This document shows positions 35,791 through 48,204 of a stretch of DNA of 64,000 bases, piece after piece. Below the pieces are notes generated by a model that saw only the letters and a list, made by a program, of their open reading frames with translations, was not told where the DNA came from and made no database searches. Origin of the DNA: Felis catus (taxonomy: Eukaryota). Both the position numbers and the translations under genes were made by a program. The stretch lies in NCBI RefSeq assembly GCF_018350175.1, contig NC_058369.1, positions 22,756,001 through 22,820,000 on the forward strand. Direction: 5' to 3'. Position 1 is the first letter of the stretch. The number at the start of each line of letters is the position of its first letter.

Positions 35791-38700
35791 CAGCTGCATT
35801 TTGAGCGTTGGCCATGCGCTCAGTGCTGTTTTAAGAACACAGCATGTCACTGTTTTGTGCGAGGTGGGATGGCGATGGTATCTCTGAGGAGGGGTCATGG
35901 GAGCTACAGCATGGATGACGAGGAGGGGGCAAACATCTGAGGATCCTTAGCCACGAGAACAGGAAGGGTGACAGAGACAAGTCTGTGGTGATCTGGAGCC
36001 AGTGCAGAAGGAGGCCGCTGAGGGTGCAGGGCATATCATAAAGAGCCTGTGAGTCATGGTCATGAGTAATGGGAAGTCATCAGAGGGTTTCAACGGGGGA
36101 GGGATGCCATCAGAATTACTCTTAAAAGGTCCTTCTGGCAGTGTAGATGGCTTGGAGCAGAAGCTGGGGTCTTGTTAGGCTGGTGTCTAGGAACAGATGG
36201 TTCTGGCTTTGACTAGGTTCTAATGGGGAGATGATAACAATGGTGGTAAACATAAGGTGTATTTTAGAGGGATAGTCCAGAGGACTCGCTGATGGGTTGA
36301 AATATTTGTGTAATCAGTGGCATTAAATTGAGCAGTTTCCCTGCATCAGTATCTTCTTGTTTCAGGTTTATCTGCTTATAATTTGTTTTTTCAGCAGTGC
36401 TCCCGGATTAGTATAAAGATGACTTAATGTCCAGAGGTCGTCATGTCACTCTTCTGCCCAGTTGGACCTCTTCAGTGCCCTGTCCCCGCCGTGCACGGGA
36501 CACAGGATCCCTTCACCTAGCTCATTGTCCTTGCTCACCTGAGCCATACCTGCCTGCCTTTTGGCACCCTCCTCCCCTTTTCCTCCCCCATTCCAGACCA
36601 CCTGCAGCTCTGCAGACACACGGGTCTCCTACTGTGGAGCCTTTGCTGTTCCCTCCCCGTCATTTCTCTTGGCCATGTGGCTGACTTTCACTCATCCTTT
36701 AAGCCAGGCTCACAGTCACATCACTGATGAAACCTTCCCCACAGTGTCCCATGCCCTGGCAGGGTTATCTGTTTCCTGCTTTTGAGTTTTCTTTGCACGT
36801 TACTCTCTCTGCCCTTTGTTTTCCCCACGTGTAGACTTGGGATACTCTCTGTGCTTTCTTTTATGGGATGGTTGTGAGGATTAACTGGATTGATTGACTC
36901 GAACGCTTAGAGCAGCTTCACATGGGGACAGGAGGTGTGAAACCCAACAGCTATTTGCTGTTGTCACCCATGTGGTCCTCCCATTGTGGCCCACACCACA
37001 CTGTCTAATGATTTGCTTCTCCTCCCAACTAGACAACAAAGGTGCCAGTTGTCTTCATGGCCCAAGCCCTGGCATAATTCTTCTGATACGTGTCATCATC
37101 CTCATCACGGCCATTGGTGTCATCATCAACAATGAGAAGACCTAACACCAATGGGTGTTTACTGTGTTCCAGGACTTTGGCCCAGAGTACTCTCTCTCAT
37201 GAAGTAGCTGGAGCCAGGATTCAAAGTCAGGTTGTCTGACCCCAGAGCCTGCTCTCTGGACCAAAATATGTTGCCCCCTGACCCCCAGCTGAAGTTGCCT
37301 GGTAAATACTTGCATGGACAGATAGAAGGAAAGAATAAAAAGAGAACTGGGATAGGTTTTCTATGCATCAAATTTATGTAAAACTCCATCTTGAGTAGGT
37401 AAAGTCTGAATGGACGTGAAGGTTGCTCTGTGTTTTTCCACTTTCAAGTTGAAAGAACCTTTTCTTTCCCTGGCCATTGTTTGGGGCCAGGGGCTAGGAA
37501 CTGCCTGCCACACTTATTGGCCTGCTCCACGTCTCAAGTGCCATCCGTCAAAGGAGCTTGCTTTGGCAAACAGCTTAATTTCTGTGTTTGTGCCATTCTG
37601 AGGACATCAGTCAAACCTTTCAATAAAGGCCCTGGCCTCATTCCATTTTCAGCCTCACCGATCACGGATTTTGCTGCAGAAGCTGGAAAAGACTGGTGGG
37701 TTCTGAAAACCAGTCCTTAATGAGCAGGTGCACAGCCCTGTGTTTGTGAACACAAGGTTTGGAGTCCTCTCCTTGGCAGCAGAATCGACGTTCTCATAAC
37801 CTCCATGTAACTGTGAACTTGAGGCGTTGTTCCAAGTTCTCCCCATATGAGAGCCAACCGTGGGAGGCATAGACTCTGTGAGCTTTCCTTGCTACAGTCA
37901 AGCTGTGTTATGCCTGAACATCTTGTCTCTTCTCCTGCCCCATCATAATAATTTCTTGCACTTGCGCGGAATCCTTAGGAAATGTTTTGTGTCTACATTC
38001 TCACCAAGTTCACACACCGAAGTAAGAGGAAAGATGGTATTATTTCAGGGCCTCAGATAAGAAAATCAGGGCTCAGACAAGTTAAGGTTTTTCCCGGAAG
38101 AAGCAGCTGATGAGTAGGGTGATCTGGATTTAAACCCTTGTCCTTGGGCTCTGAGACCTGTTCTCATTCTGCTGGACCAAAAGCTTCTTGTGGGTCAGGA
38201 CTAAGTTATTTATTGCTTGATGTCCCACTCAGTTCTTGGTACCATTCTGGTTACTTGATAGGTTCTCATCAAACACTTGTTAAAGTAAGTTGAACAGAAG
38301 GGAACTACAACTCAGAATAGAAACTCCGTAGGGCAGATTTTCCCACTGGCAATAACACCTTGTTAACTTAGCTGTACCTTGTCTTATGTAGATGTTCCCA
38401 TCATCCTTAGCTATCTGGATGGTACCTTCCATACTCTGCCATTGTGGGTTTCACACCTCCGAGTAAGTCCTGGAAAAGATGTAATTAAGGGCTGGAACAG
38501 GATTTTTTTTACTGTTAAGAGTCCTCTGGGATAGGTGATTTCCTTTCGTTGTGGAAAACAAATGTTTATCCTCAAACTTCTATAATCCCGTTCATCTTGG
38601 TCTTTCCCTTCCATCCTGGACTGCCCCCTTAGGAAGTGAATGATAATTTCATTGCCCACAAAGGAAATAGCCCAGTTATCCCACAACTGAAGAGTTCTGA

Positions 38701-40149
38701 GGGAACTTTTCAAGGTTTGTGGTTAAGTTGACTTGATTTTGGTAATAAAGTAAGCCATTCCCAAGAAGGCTATGTAAACGGAGGGCCATTCCATAAGATC
38801 CCGGATCATCTGAAAACATTGCTTGTCTTTTCTTCCTAACTCCTCCCAGCTGCCATGGTCCTTGGGCAGCCCCTTGAGCAAAGTTTGGCTGTTTCTATCT
38901 GTAGAGGCTTCGCACTTGTTGCACTTGGGCAAACGCAGCCTTATCTGTAGAATGAGGTGGCTTTGGTTTGGAAATTGGCTATACTTGTTGATAACAGGCA
39001 TTAATTTAATCAGCCTCAAATTGATGACAGCTATCTCCTGTGGATACAAAGGTAGTTTGCTTTGATTGTGATCCTGTCTTCTGATGAAAGGTCTAGGCTT
39101 ATTTTGTCTTGTAAAAGTCTGATGTAGGCTTATGTAATCTGATGGAGCTGGGAAGGGGGAGGAGTGGAGGAAGGGAGGCGAGAGCCCCAGGTACATGCTC
39201 GATGTGTTTGCTCTTTTGTTCCGTTACCTGCTTTCTCTGGAAACTTTATAGATTAGCTTTTATAATCTACTTTGAAATGTTTGCTGTTTTTAAAGCAGAA
39301 GCAATCTTTGCAGTTTTCAGGCAGAAGGTCATTTTATACAAAATGTTCATTCGTGTGCAACAAAGCTTATTTCTTCTACAGGAACAAAGAAATAATGAAG
39401 GCTCCTTAAAAGCTGTTTTTCTCTAAAGAAATGATCATCTTGATAGTTGGTGATTTATATGTGTCATTTCTATTAGAATTGAAAAGTAAAAACATTTGTA
39501 TCAATAAGGATTACTGAATATTGTGAAGCTCTCAGATATGACTCTAACTGTGGATTTCAGCATTTCTCACTGGGAGGGAAAGCAGTCTTCTTTAATTGTG
39601 TCCATCTTTCCAGGTAATTTCCTTTGGCCCTGGTTTATTGCCTGAAGATCTTTCGTAGATGTGGCCTCTGTGTAGGTCTCTGAGATCTGACTGCTACCAG
39701 CACATTTTCTTGCCTCCAGAACTTTGTGCGCAATGTTCCCATGGGCTGGAACACTGGTTCAGCACCTTCCCTTCTTCTGTTTTCCTTTAGAGCACAGCTT
39801 GATGTCACTTCTTCTGGGAAGCTTCCTAGCCTACTGGCAGTATTCTTTGTCACTTGTCCCTTTATGTGCACTTGCTGTTTTCCTCATGTGTGGCCCTCAC
39901 CCTTCTGTAAAGCACCTCATGTTTCATGGCTCACTGGTGGTACAACCCCACACTTTGGGAAGTAGTGATCTGACTATTCTAGTGCAAAAGCAGCAAAGAT
40001 GAATCAACACTGTGACAGAGTAGTAAAAACTCCATCCCAAGAACAAAGGGGAAGGGATTTCCATTCCAGAAGGAATGAAAATGTAAGTTTGAACATCTTA
40101 CACCCCCCCCAACTTAATAGGTCTTAAACTATTGATTTCTGACCCCCCC

Positions 40150-40237
40150 TTTTTTTTTTAAGTTTACTATTTACTTTGAGAGAGCAAGAGCATGAGCTGG
40201 GGAGGGGCAGAGAGAGAAGGAGGGAGAGAGAGAGGGA

Positions 40238-40289
<52 letters not shown>

Positions 40290-40414
40290 CTCAATAAGGC
40301 TCCATGCTGTCAGTGTAGAGCTCAGTGCAGGGCTCGAACTCATGAACCATGAGATCATGACCTGAACTGAAACCAAGAGTCACACACTTAACTGACTGAG
40401 CCATCCAGGCACCC
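40150..40414 (-). mobile_element. CAN-SINE with expanded (GA)n tract; TSD tgatttctgaccc
   Basis: TSD at 40133-40145 and 40415-40427. Confidence 0.93.
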
Positions 40415-42539
40415 TGATTTCTGACCCTTCATACAAGAAAGGAGTGTTTGAAATTAGCCCTGGGAACAAATCAATCCCATTTTGTCCAGATTCTCAGAGA
40501 CACATTTTCATGTGCTGACAGCATTTTAATGAGGGTAGAGATTTTTCATTTTATTTCTGGGATCAATTGAATTTGAAATCTGGGATGCAGATAGGACCAG
40601 GGTCTCCTCTGTCTTCGCTGCTGTAGACCGTCAACATGCTGAGTTCAAGCCCTGCCCTAAATGGTGCCAGGGTAGCATTACCCCTAGGTGCACACTGATG
40701 GGCAAAAGGTATAACTCTTCCTGCATCAAACTAGCTCTTCAAGCAAAAGCCGCTGAATCTAGTATAAGGAAAACACGAACCATGCGACACTGGGTATGGT
40801 CGTGATGGCAGTGATACTTTCTTCTGGTCATTCTGTATGGTTATTCTTCTACACCAAGTTTAGTGCTTGTTGGATTTGAAGGAAGTCTCATGTGATCTCT
40901 AACCCTGGTATTCTTGACAATTCAATCATTAGCTTCAAGTGAGTCATCAGTATAGCCCAAAGCCATGTTAGGGATTACAGGTTTTCCTTAGAATCCCCTC
41001 AGTCGAATGTAACCTCCCCCCTTTTTTTTTTGGAAAAATAATTATGTATTCATTCCAGAAAAAAAGGCAATAAAAATGTAGGTACGATTATTAAATGTAC
41101 TGTTGCAAAATGAAGCACATTAAGTGCTTTGAAATCTTTGTTAAATTCCAATATCCCATTATAACAGCATTTACAAGCCAAAGCTTTTTAGTTTTAACAT
41201 GAGAAATAAAAATATCATTTTTCTTTGCTTCTCCATATGGTTTTTATATTTCTGTTTTGCTTTAAGGATTTCTGTCTGTAATGGTTCCCTCCTCCGCCTT
41301 TCCCCCTTCTTATTAAAATTTTTTTCTTTTCATTTGTACATAATTTGTTCATTCTGATAGACTCAGTAGGAGTCCAGTAGTAAGTTACTATCACATTTTT
41401 CTCTTACCTTTCCCACCTCTCACTGTACTGTCTTTTCCCCTATTAAGCCAAAATGATCAGGAACAACAAAAACAAGAAATAAAAGATAAAATACAAGTAG
41501 AACAACAAAAAAATCATTTTCTTCTTCTGATCCAGTTTTTACGGTGACTTGGTGTCCTGTTCTCCCCCCTCCTCAACCATGACAGGAAGTTTGACCTCCA
41601 TAGCTGTCATCTTGATTTAAGTGTTTTGGAGGAGGAGACTGGAGACTGTGTGTCCTGTAGCATCGTACTGATTATACGTGGGGTCACTGTAAGAAGAAAT
41701 AAGATGTGATTTAAAATGAAACGCTTTAATATCCCACTGTTTCCCTTGGCAGTTTTGCCTTCACCGTAGCTGTAAATAGTGTCCATGGTCCATGGCTTCT
41801 AGCATTTCTTATTTATAAAGATGGCTTTTGTTTGTATTTATTTCACTAAAAGGGAAGCGTTCTTTGGAAATATAAAGTCGCTGAAACATACATCACATCC
41901 TGAATGGCAACTTTTTGGCTTGTAGATGCTTTGTTCCAAGGCCAGCATGTATATTCTAGTACATTGTTATCATTTTTGTTGAGCGAGGGAATGCTTTGGC
42001 GTTAAAGTGGGGAGGATCCGCGGGCGGACAACACTGCTGTTTCCTTGCCTCAGAGCCCGGTTTTGAATACGAGTCTTCAAAGCCATTTTTATTTCCAGTG
42101 TTCAGTTTTAATTAAAAACCACATTCACAATTCTGTAATCCCATCTGCAGATCCAAAAGGGGAATTCATACAAGAGAAAATTAACTCATTATTATTAAAA
42201 GCACACTGCCTTTCCAATAGGTATAATAGAGTAACAGTTTCCCTCGGGCTCAGTGGTTCCTTATATAATAACTAAAATATTAGCAAATTTTAATTGATTT
42301 TTCTTACCTGCAAGCAGTGATCAAACTTATTTTTAAAACATACTTAATTTGATTTAGGTGATAAAGGGATTTGCTTAGGAAAGAGACACTAGAAGCTGCT
42401 CTTTTCTACTGGCAAGCATGAGTTGGAAGTTGAATGGTCTTGACTTTTTTGAAATGGTGATTCAATTTATTTTTATAATAGGAACTTTTGTCCCCAGGAC
42501 TCTGTTTTAGGTAAATTTATGGCACATGATATCCTTCTT

Positions 42540-42750
42540 TTAAAATTTTTTTCCAGTGTTTATTTTTGAGAGACAGAGACAGAGCATGAGCAGGGAAGGG
42601 CAGAGAGTGAGGGAGACACAGAATCCGAAGCAGGCTCTGGGCTCCGAGCTGTTAGCACAGAGCCCGATGTGGGGCTTGAATCCATGAACTATGAGATCAT
42701 GACCTGAGCTGAAGTCAGACGCTTAACTGACTGAGCCACCCAGGCACCCC
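42540..42750 (-). mobile_element. CAN-SINE with perfect 19-bp TSD ggcacatgatatccttctt
   Basis: TSD at 42521-42539 and 42751-42769. Confidence 0.96.
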
Positions 42751-43867
42751 GGCACATGATATCCTTCTTAAATAACATTTCTTTTAATTTGTGTGTCTTT
42801 ATAAGAGTATTGCAGAAGGAAGATCAACTACCCTTTATTCTTTCCAAAAGCTACAAGTTCTTGGTGTGCTGTTTGTCATTACCATTGTGCATAACCGATG
42901 AGCTTGTTCTTGAGGATCTTCCCCTGAATTCTCCCATAAAATGTAGGCCTCTCTTCCAGTAGCCCCATACTGCATGAAGTATGTATCCTTTGAAAAAGAG
43001 CCCTGTTCGAAAGTACTTAACTTGCTTTCCATGGGATAACTATTATGTGTAGCTGCCAGTGGACCATCTGTTTTTGAATCTTATTTCTTAAGGTCTTGTA
43101 GTGAGCTTGATGGTAAAATATCTTCATGGAAACAAAAAATATGTGAGATAAATTAAGTTAAAAAAAAAAAAAGCACGTGGCAAATTTAACTTGAGAATGA
43201 ACGTAAAAACTGGCCAGCAGGGTACTCGCTGCACCACAGAGAACAGTGCTTTGCCTTATCTTAGTAGTCAGTACAATAGTATTGAATTGTTTCCAGTTTG
43301 TTACCTCCTCGTGCCCTATGACTTGTATTGCAGTGTTTGTGGTTGAACTGTATTACATTTCATGTTATGTTATATATGAATATGTTAAATGGTATTATGA
43401 TATACATATATACACAAAGGTAAATGAAATGCTTTTTACTAAATATGTGAAATACATATCATGCTGTGTTCTTTCGTGATAATTTCAACTACCTATTATT
43501 TCCATCTTGTTCTCTTATTTGTTGGTATTATGCTGCTTTATTGTTTTTTTCATTTCCAGTTGTTCACTTCTTTCAATATTTTGTCTTGGTCATCATGAAA
43601 TTTTATTTGTTCTTTTTGTCATTTGTACATGTCATTAGCATTTCTTCTCTGGATTCTCGGAGTATTTAGATATCATGAAACAACCACTTCTGTGTGTTTA
43701 AGTAAATACATAATCAAAATGCATGAGTTTGTTTTTTTTTTATAATGTAAGTGCTCAGACATGTATATTTATGTGTAAATATATATTCATACATGTTCTA
43801 TAAACCTCAATATGAAACTGATTTCATGACACATACACAGAAAATCTAAATCTGTTACAAAGATTAA

Positions 43868-44081
43868 AAAAAATTTTTTTAAGGTTTATTTATTTTTGAA
43901 GGAGAGAGAGACAGAGCGTGAGCAGGGGATGGGCAGAGGGAGAGGGAGACAGAGAATCCGAGGCAGGCTCCAGGCTCTGAGCTGTCAGCATAGAGTGCAA
44001 CACGGGGCTCAAACTCAAAGGCATGAGATCATGACCTGAGCAGAAGTCAGAAGCTTAACCGACTGAACCACCAGGTGCCCC
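43868..44081 (-). mobile_element. CAN-SINE; TSD aatctgttaca(a/g)agattaa
   Basis: TSD at 43849-43867 and 44082-44100. Confidence 0.95.
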
Positions 44082-44116
44082 AATCTGTTACAGAGATTAA
44101 GAGAATAAGCTCTCTA

Positions 44117-44327
44117 GGGGTGCCTGGGTGGCTCAGTCGGTTAAGCCTCCGACTTCAGCTCAGGTCATGATCTTGCGGTCTGTGAGTTCGAGCCCTGAGT
44201 CGGGCTCTGTGCTGACCGCTCAGAGCCTGGAGCCTGTTTCAGATTCTGTGTCTCACTCTCGCTCTGACCCTCCCCCATTCATGCTCTGTCTCTCTCTGTC
44301 TCAAAAATAAATAAACGTTAAAAAAAA
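44117..44327 (+). mobile_element. CAN-SINE; TSD agaataagctctc
   Basis: ggggtgcctgggtggctcagtcggttaag...aaaaataaataaacgttaaaa; TSD at 44102-44114 and 44328-44340. Confidence 0.95.
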
Positions 44328-44724
44328 AGAATAAGCTCTCACAAATACATCAATTTCTTGTATCACTGTCTGTCACTCATCTGTCGAAGTGCCTTTGCAG
44401 ACTGGGTCATGTGATTCCCGGTGGCTGACATACTTCATTGTCTAGGATGATTGTAGGAAGACTGTGATGCAGTGAAAGGTTGGGGCCAATGGATCCAATC
44501 TACGTAAATAGTGTCTCTTCTTAATTTTTCTTTTCTTCTGTTTCTCATCCTCTCAACTGTATGCTTCTCCTCTAGAAAGCATATACTGTCTTATAGTGAA
44601 AATACATATGTACACAGATTTTAAAAAGACGAATGAAAGTTGAGAAAACTTGGAGAGCTGGTGCATATCATTAATCAAGGCAGCAGGGATGTATGCAGCT
44701 CTAAGATGAATGCTGGTTTTTTGC

Positions 44725-44904
44725 CAGTGGTTCTCAAACTTTAGCGGCTTCCAAATCCCCTGGAGGGCTTGTTAAAACGGATTTCTAGGCCCACCCTCAG
44801 GGCCTCTGATTCTGTAAGATGGGATGGGGCATGAGAACGTGCATTTTTAACACGTTCTGGTAAAACTGATGCTCGGGTGGGGGACTGCCCTTGGAGTAGC
44901 CCTG
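44725..44904. mobile_element. MER5A-like hAT-Charlie MITE
   Basis: cagtggttctcaaacttta...cctggagggcttgttaaaac...gcatttttaaca...ttggagtagccctg. Confidence 0.8.
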
Positions 44905-46270
44905 TTCTAGGGTCACCGTTTCAGGTGTTTCCAATGAGGAAACCAAGGCCTGACAGGGGAAGGGGCTTGAGTAAGATGTAGTGGGTTGTACCTAGGCTAG
45001 GGTGAGAACTGGGTCTTCTGGCTGTGGCTCTGTAGTGTTCTCCTGGGATCTGTTCTTTGATTCTCCAGAGAAGGTGAAGCCCCTTCCTGACTAAAGAAAG
45101 TGTGGGAAGCCAGATTTGCTGCCCTCCCAGATGCCTGTCTGTGGGCAGCACTGTCTCTGGCTGACCTATCTCTTTGCATGTTCTATGGAGAGAGCTTAGT
45201 GGTCTGTATTGGCACCTAATGTTACCCACATATATTTCAACCTCTTCATTTCCATATCCAATTGAATAATTATTCATGGAACATTTGTCTGTTGATTTGT
45301 AATCATTTAGAGATTAATACCCGTGTCACCATGTTTCAAACGTGGCCTATTAAACTCAGGTCTGTGTTATGCCAAGAAAAAACAAGTTAAAGACAGCACA
45401 GGTTACAAGAGTAACCAGAAGGAAAACAGAAATGGCTGGATTTTTACTTGGATCTAAAGGTTTTGCTTTTAGTTCGATGAAATTTTAGTGAAATATTATC
45501 TCACTAAGTGAGTTTTCTGCAACATCCTCTAACCTATGTTTTCAACTTAATGTTGGCAAATTCAAATTAAAGTAAACATGATTTTGATAGTTGACTAATT
45601 GCCTTCGAATGGAATTTCATGAAATTGTTTTCATAAGAATATGGATTGGTTGAATTTAATTGGCTAAGAAGAGTAACAAGAGTTGTATATTTAAAGGTTC
45701 TGGTTATTGATCTAATTTCAGCGATTTTCTTACTGGGATGCAGATGGTCACAGTGGCATTGATGTCCCATAAATCCAAATAATTGTCACCTGATAATTAC
45801 ATACTAGAACTGGGTGCAGAAATAATTGCTTTGAATGAGTGAGGGAATTAAAATCAGTAGTATTTCCCAAACTGAAGGGGCAGAAAGTTAGCCCACGTAG
45901 TGTTGGACTCAATTCAGTTCAATAAATCTTGTGATGAAGAGACATCTATATCTAAGGAATCACTCTTTTAGGTAGGTTTTGTCATTCTTATTGGGCCTCA
46001 AGGACCAGTGTCTTTGAGTTGTTACAAATTGCTATGAAAATGGATGCAGAGCACGTGTGCATTTATGCACACATAACAGTAAATGTTTGCTGGAAAAATT
46101 TGATTTAATGATGAAGGCAAAACCCAGATTTTGACACTGATGTTACTGTCTCCAGTTTCATGGGAGCAAAGGGACCAAGTCACAGTGTACATGCCATGAT
46201 GCAGTCTGTCATCTGGGGGCAATGGAGAAGCATTTGCCTTTTTACATTGTTGGAATGGGGTCTGGGCCAC

Positions 46271-46306
46271 ATTTCTGATCCTTCACGTTGCCTTCTCTCT
46301 TTTCAG
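46271..46306 (+). promoter_or_regulatory. 3' splice site: candidate branch point (ttctgAt, A at 46278), pyrimidine tract, CAG
   Basis: atttctgatccttcacgttgccttctctcttttcag directly before the exon. Confidence 0.88.
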
Positions 46307-46366
46307 CGTCTTGTGGAGGCTGCAGAAGAGGCACATCTGAAACATGAATTTGATGCAGACTTGCAG
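46307..46366 (+). CDS. CACNA2D3: Internal coding exon (60 nt, phase 0/0, probably exon 4) of voltage-dependent calcium channel subunit alpha2delta-3
   Basis: ttgccttctctcttttcAG|CGTCTTGTG...GACTTGCAG|GTaact. Translates RLVEAAEEAHLKHEFDADLQ, matching my recollection of CACNA2D3 (...KKSEAVR-RLVEAAEEAHLKHEFDADLQ-YEYFNAVLINE...). Exon number is from memory. Confidence 0.95.
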
Positions 46367-46372
46367 GTAACT
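46367..46372 (+). promoter_or_regulatory. 5' splice donor CAG|GTAACT
   Basis: GT follows the last codon of the recognised peptide; the frame then runs into a stop (VTDYS*). Confidence 0.9.
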
Positions 46373-47269
46373 GATTACAGTTGAGTTAAATTTTTTGTGT
46401 GTTGGCTGCAGAACGAGAAACACTAGGTATAGCAAAACACCAGCTTTCAGTGAGAGAGACTTTCAGGAGGATGCTATGCAGTTAAAAATATGCCTGTCCA
46501 TTTCTTGACAGGGCAGGGTGGTGGTCCTTGACAGTTTTCTACCCTGACAGTTACAGTGAATGATAACACACACTCACATACATGCACGTAACCAGATTTT
46601 GACAAACCCCTCCCCAGTTCTGGAGGACTTAACCAGTCAACTAACAATAATAAGCAGAACTCCTAATGGTTTATTGATAAGATGGACAGCTTTGGACAGC
46701 AGAATATTAGCAAATCCCACTTCCCCGGCTGACTGAACGCAAAATTGTGACGGATGTAATCTTGAATTGGCTGTTATATTATATCTAAAAATTAAATCAT
46801 TCATTGACATGGCATTTGAACATCTAATTAATAAATTTCTTTCAGCGGCTTTTATATCCAACTATGACACACTTGCATTTGGCAGAGAAGGATTTTGATG
46901 TTGCCATATATATATAAAGCATATTAAAAGGCATCAAGGGAATTGAATAATACCTGGAGGTTCCTTTTGGTCCCTCTTGAAGGAAATTTTATCTGTATTG
47001 TCAAAATGAGTTCAGTGGTGTTTACCCCCTGCTAAGCAGACAGAAGGAATGAATCTTAATCCTTAAATCTGTACTTTGCTAGAGTGCATCACCTTTAGTG
47101 GCATGTGGTCACAATTAGAAAGTAGTGTTTATTTTGGTATGTTTTCATTTGTTGGAAATGACAAAGGCAGATCTAAGTATTCAAGCACAAAAGAGGTGGT
47201 GATACCAAAGGTAGCCTTTAGCTGTATCTCTGTTCCATGGATGTCCCTCTTCATCACTCCCCATCTATG

Positions 47270-47720
47270 GGTAAAAAAATGCACACTCAAATGGGGGTAA
47301 TGGAGGAAAGCTTAATAAAGGAAGTATTTACAAAGGTATGGTTCTATTTCTATGGGATTATTTACAAAGGTATGGTTACAGAGAAACCAACAAGCAGTGA
47401 TGTTCTACCCCAGGGTAAGCCACCCTCCTAGCCTGAGGAACATGAGTGGGGAGTGGTTTCCAAAACCCAGGAAGAGTAGCTGTATGGAAAGGTTATTTGA
47501 TAGAGGGGTGCGGCCAGTCGTGGTGAGCTAGAAGGGTGGAATTTGGGGGGATAATACCCCAATAACAGTATCTAGCCTTCTGATATCTTTCTGGTACCCA
47601 CCATTGACTGAATCCAGCTATTGAAGTGGTTGATGTTGTTCTGTCTTCTGAAGCATTTGAGCTAGGTGCATAAGGGTGAAGAATTGGTCTGCAGGGGAAA
47701 GAGAAACTATCAACCCCCAC
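47270..47720. mobile_element. Ancient ERVL/MaLR-type LTR relic (LTR33-like, uncertain)
   Basis: gcacactcaaatgggggtaatggaggaaagcttaataaaggaagtatttacaaagg...gagaaaccaacaag. Confidence 0.45.
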
Positions 47721-48204
47721 CACTTGGTAGTCATTTTCAGGCATAATACCAACATATGAAGCAAATAGAGCCAGGACGGTAGCCAAACAAAAGAGATTCC
47801 AGGGAGAGGTGGAGAAGTGCTGGGGACGATCAGTAACAGTAGGATAGAGGTGGAGAGGCCAGCCCAGCTCTTTGGGCTAAGTTGCAGGAGAAGGGGCAGA
47901 GGAGTCAGCTGAATGGGGCAAGAAGCACCTTGTTTCCTACAGTCACACCTCCATGGCAGCCGTAGGAAAGTCCAGAGGCTATTTACTGGCCACATTTATC
48001 TTCAGCGTGCCTCCTCTTCACACAGTTTGGAGTTCCTAGAGTGGGCCAGAGGGACTGAATGGAAGCATCAGGAAACAACTTTGCAACTGTGAGGATTGTA
48101 AGGACCTCTTGAATGTGTTGTCAAGAGAAACTGTCTCCTTCTCCTGGGGAATGTTCTGGTTGTAAATTACAGAAACTCATATCAACTCAAAAGAGATTAC
48201 CGTG

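Larger units (their letters stand above)
1..46306 (+). other. CACNA2D3: Intron upstream of the exon (3' part of probable CACNA2D3 intron 3)
   Basis: The expected preceding peptide (KYKEYEKD...KSEAVR) was not seen; repeat-rich non-coding DNA. Confidence 0.8.

Noticed and set aside
46160..46384. 74-aa ORF as a stand-alone gene
   Set aside because: Only the 20 codons between the AG and GT match CACNA2D3; the rest is intron read-through.
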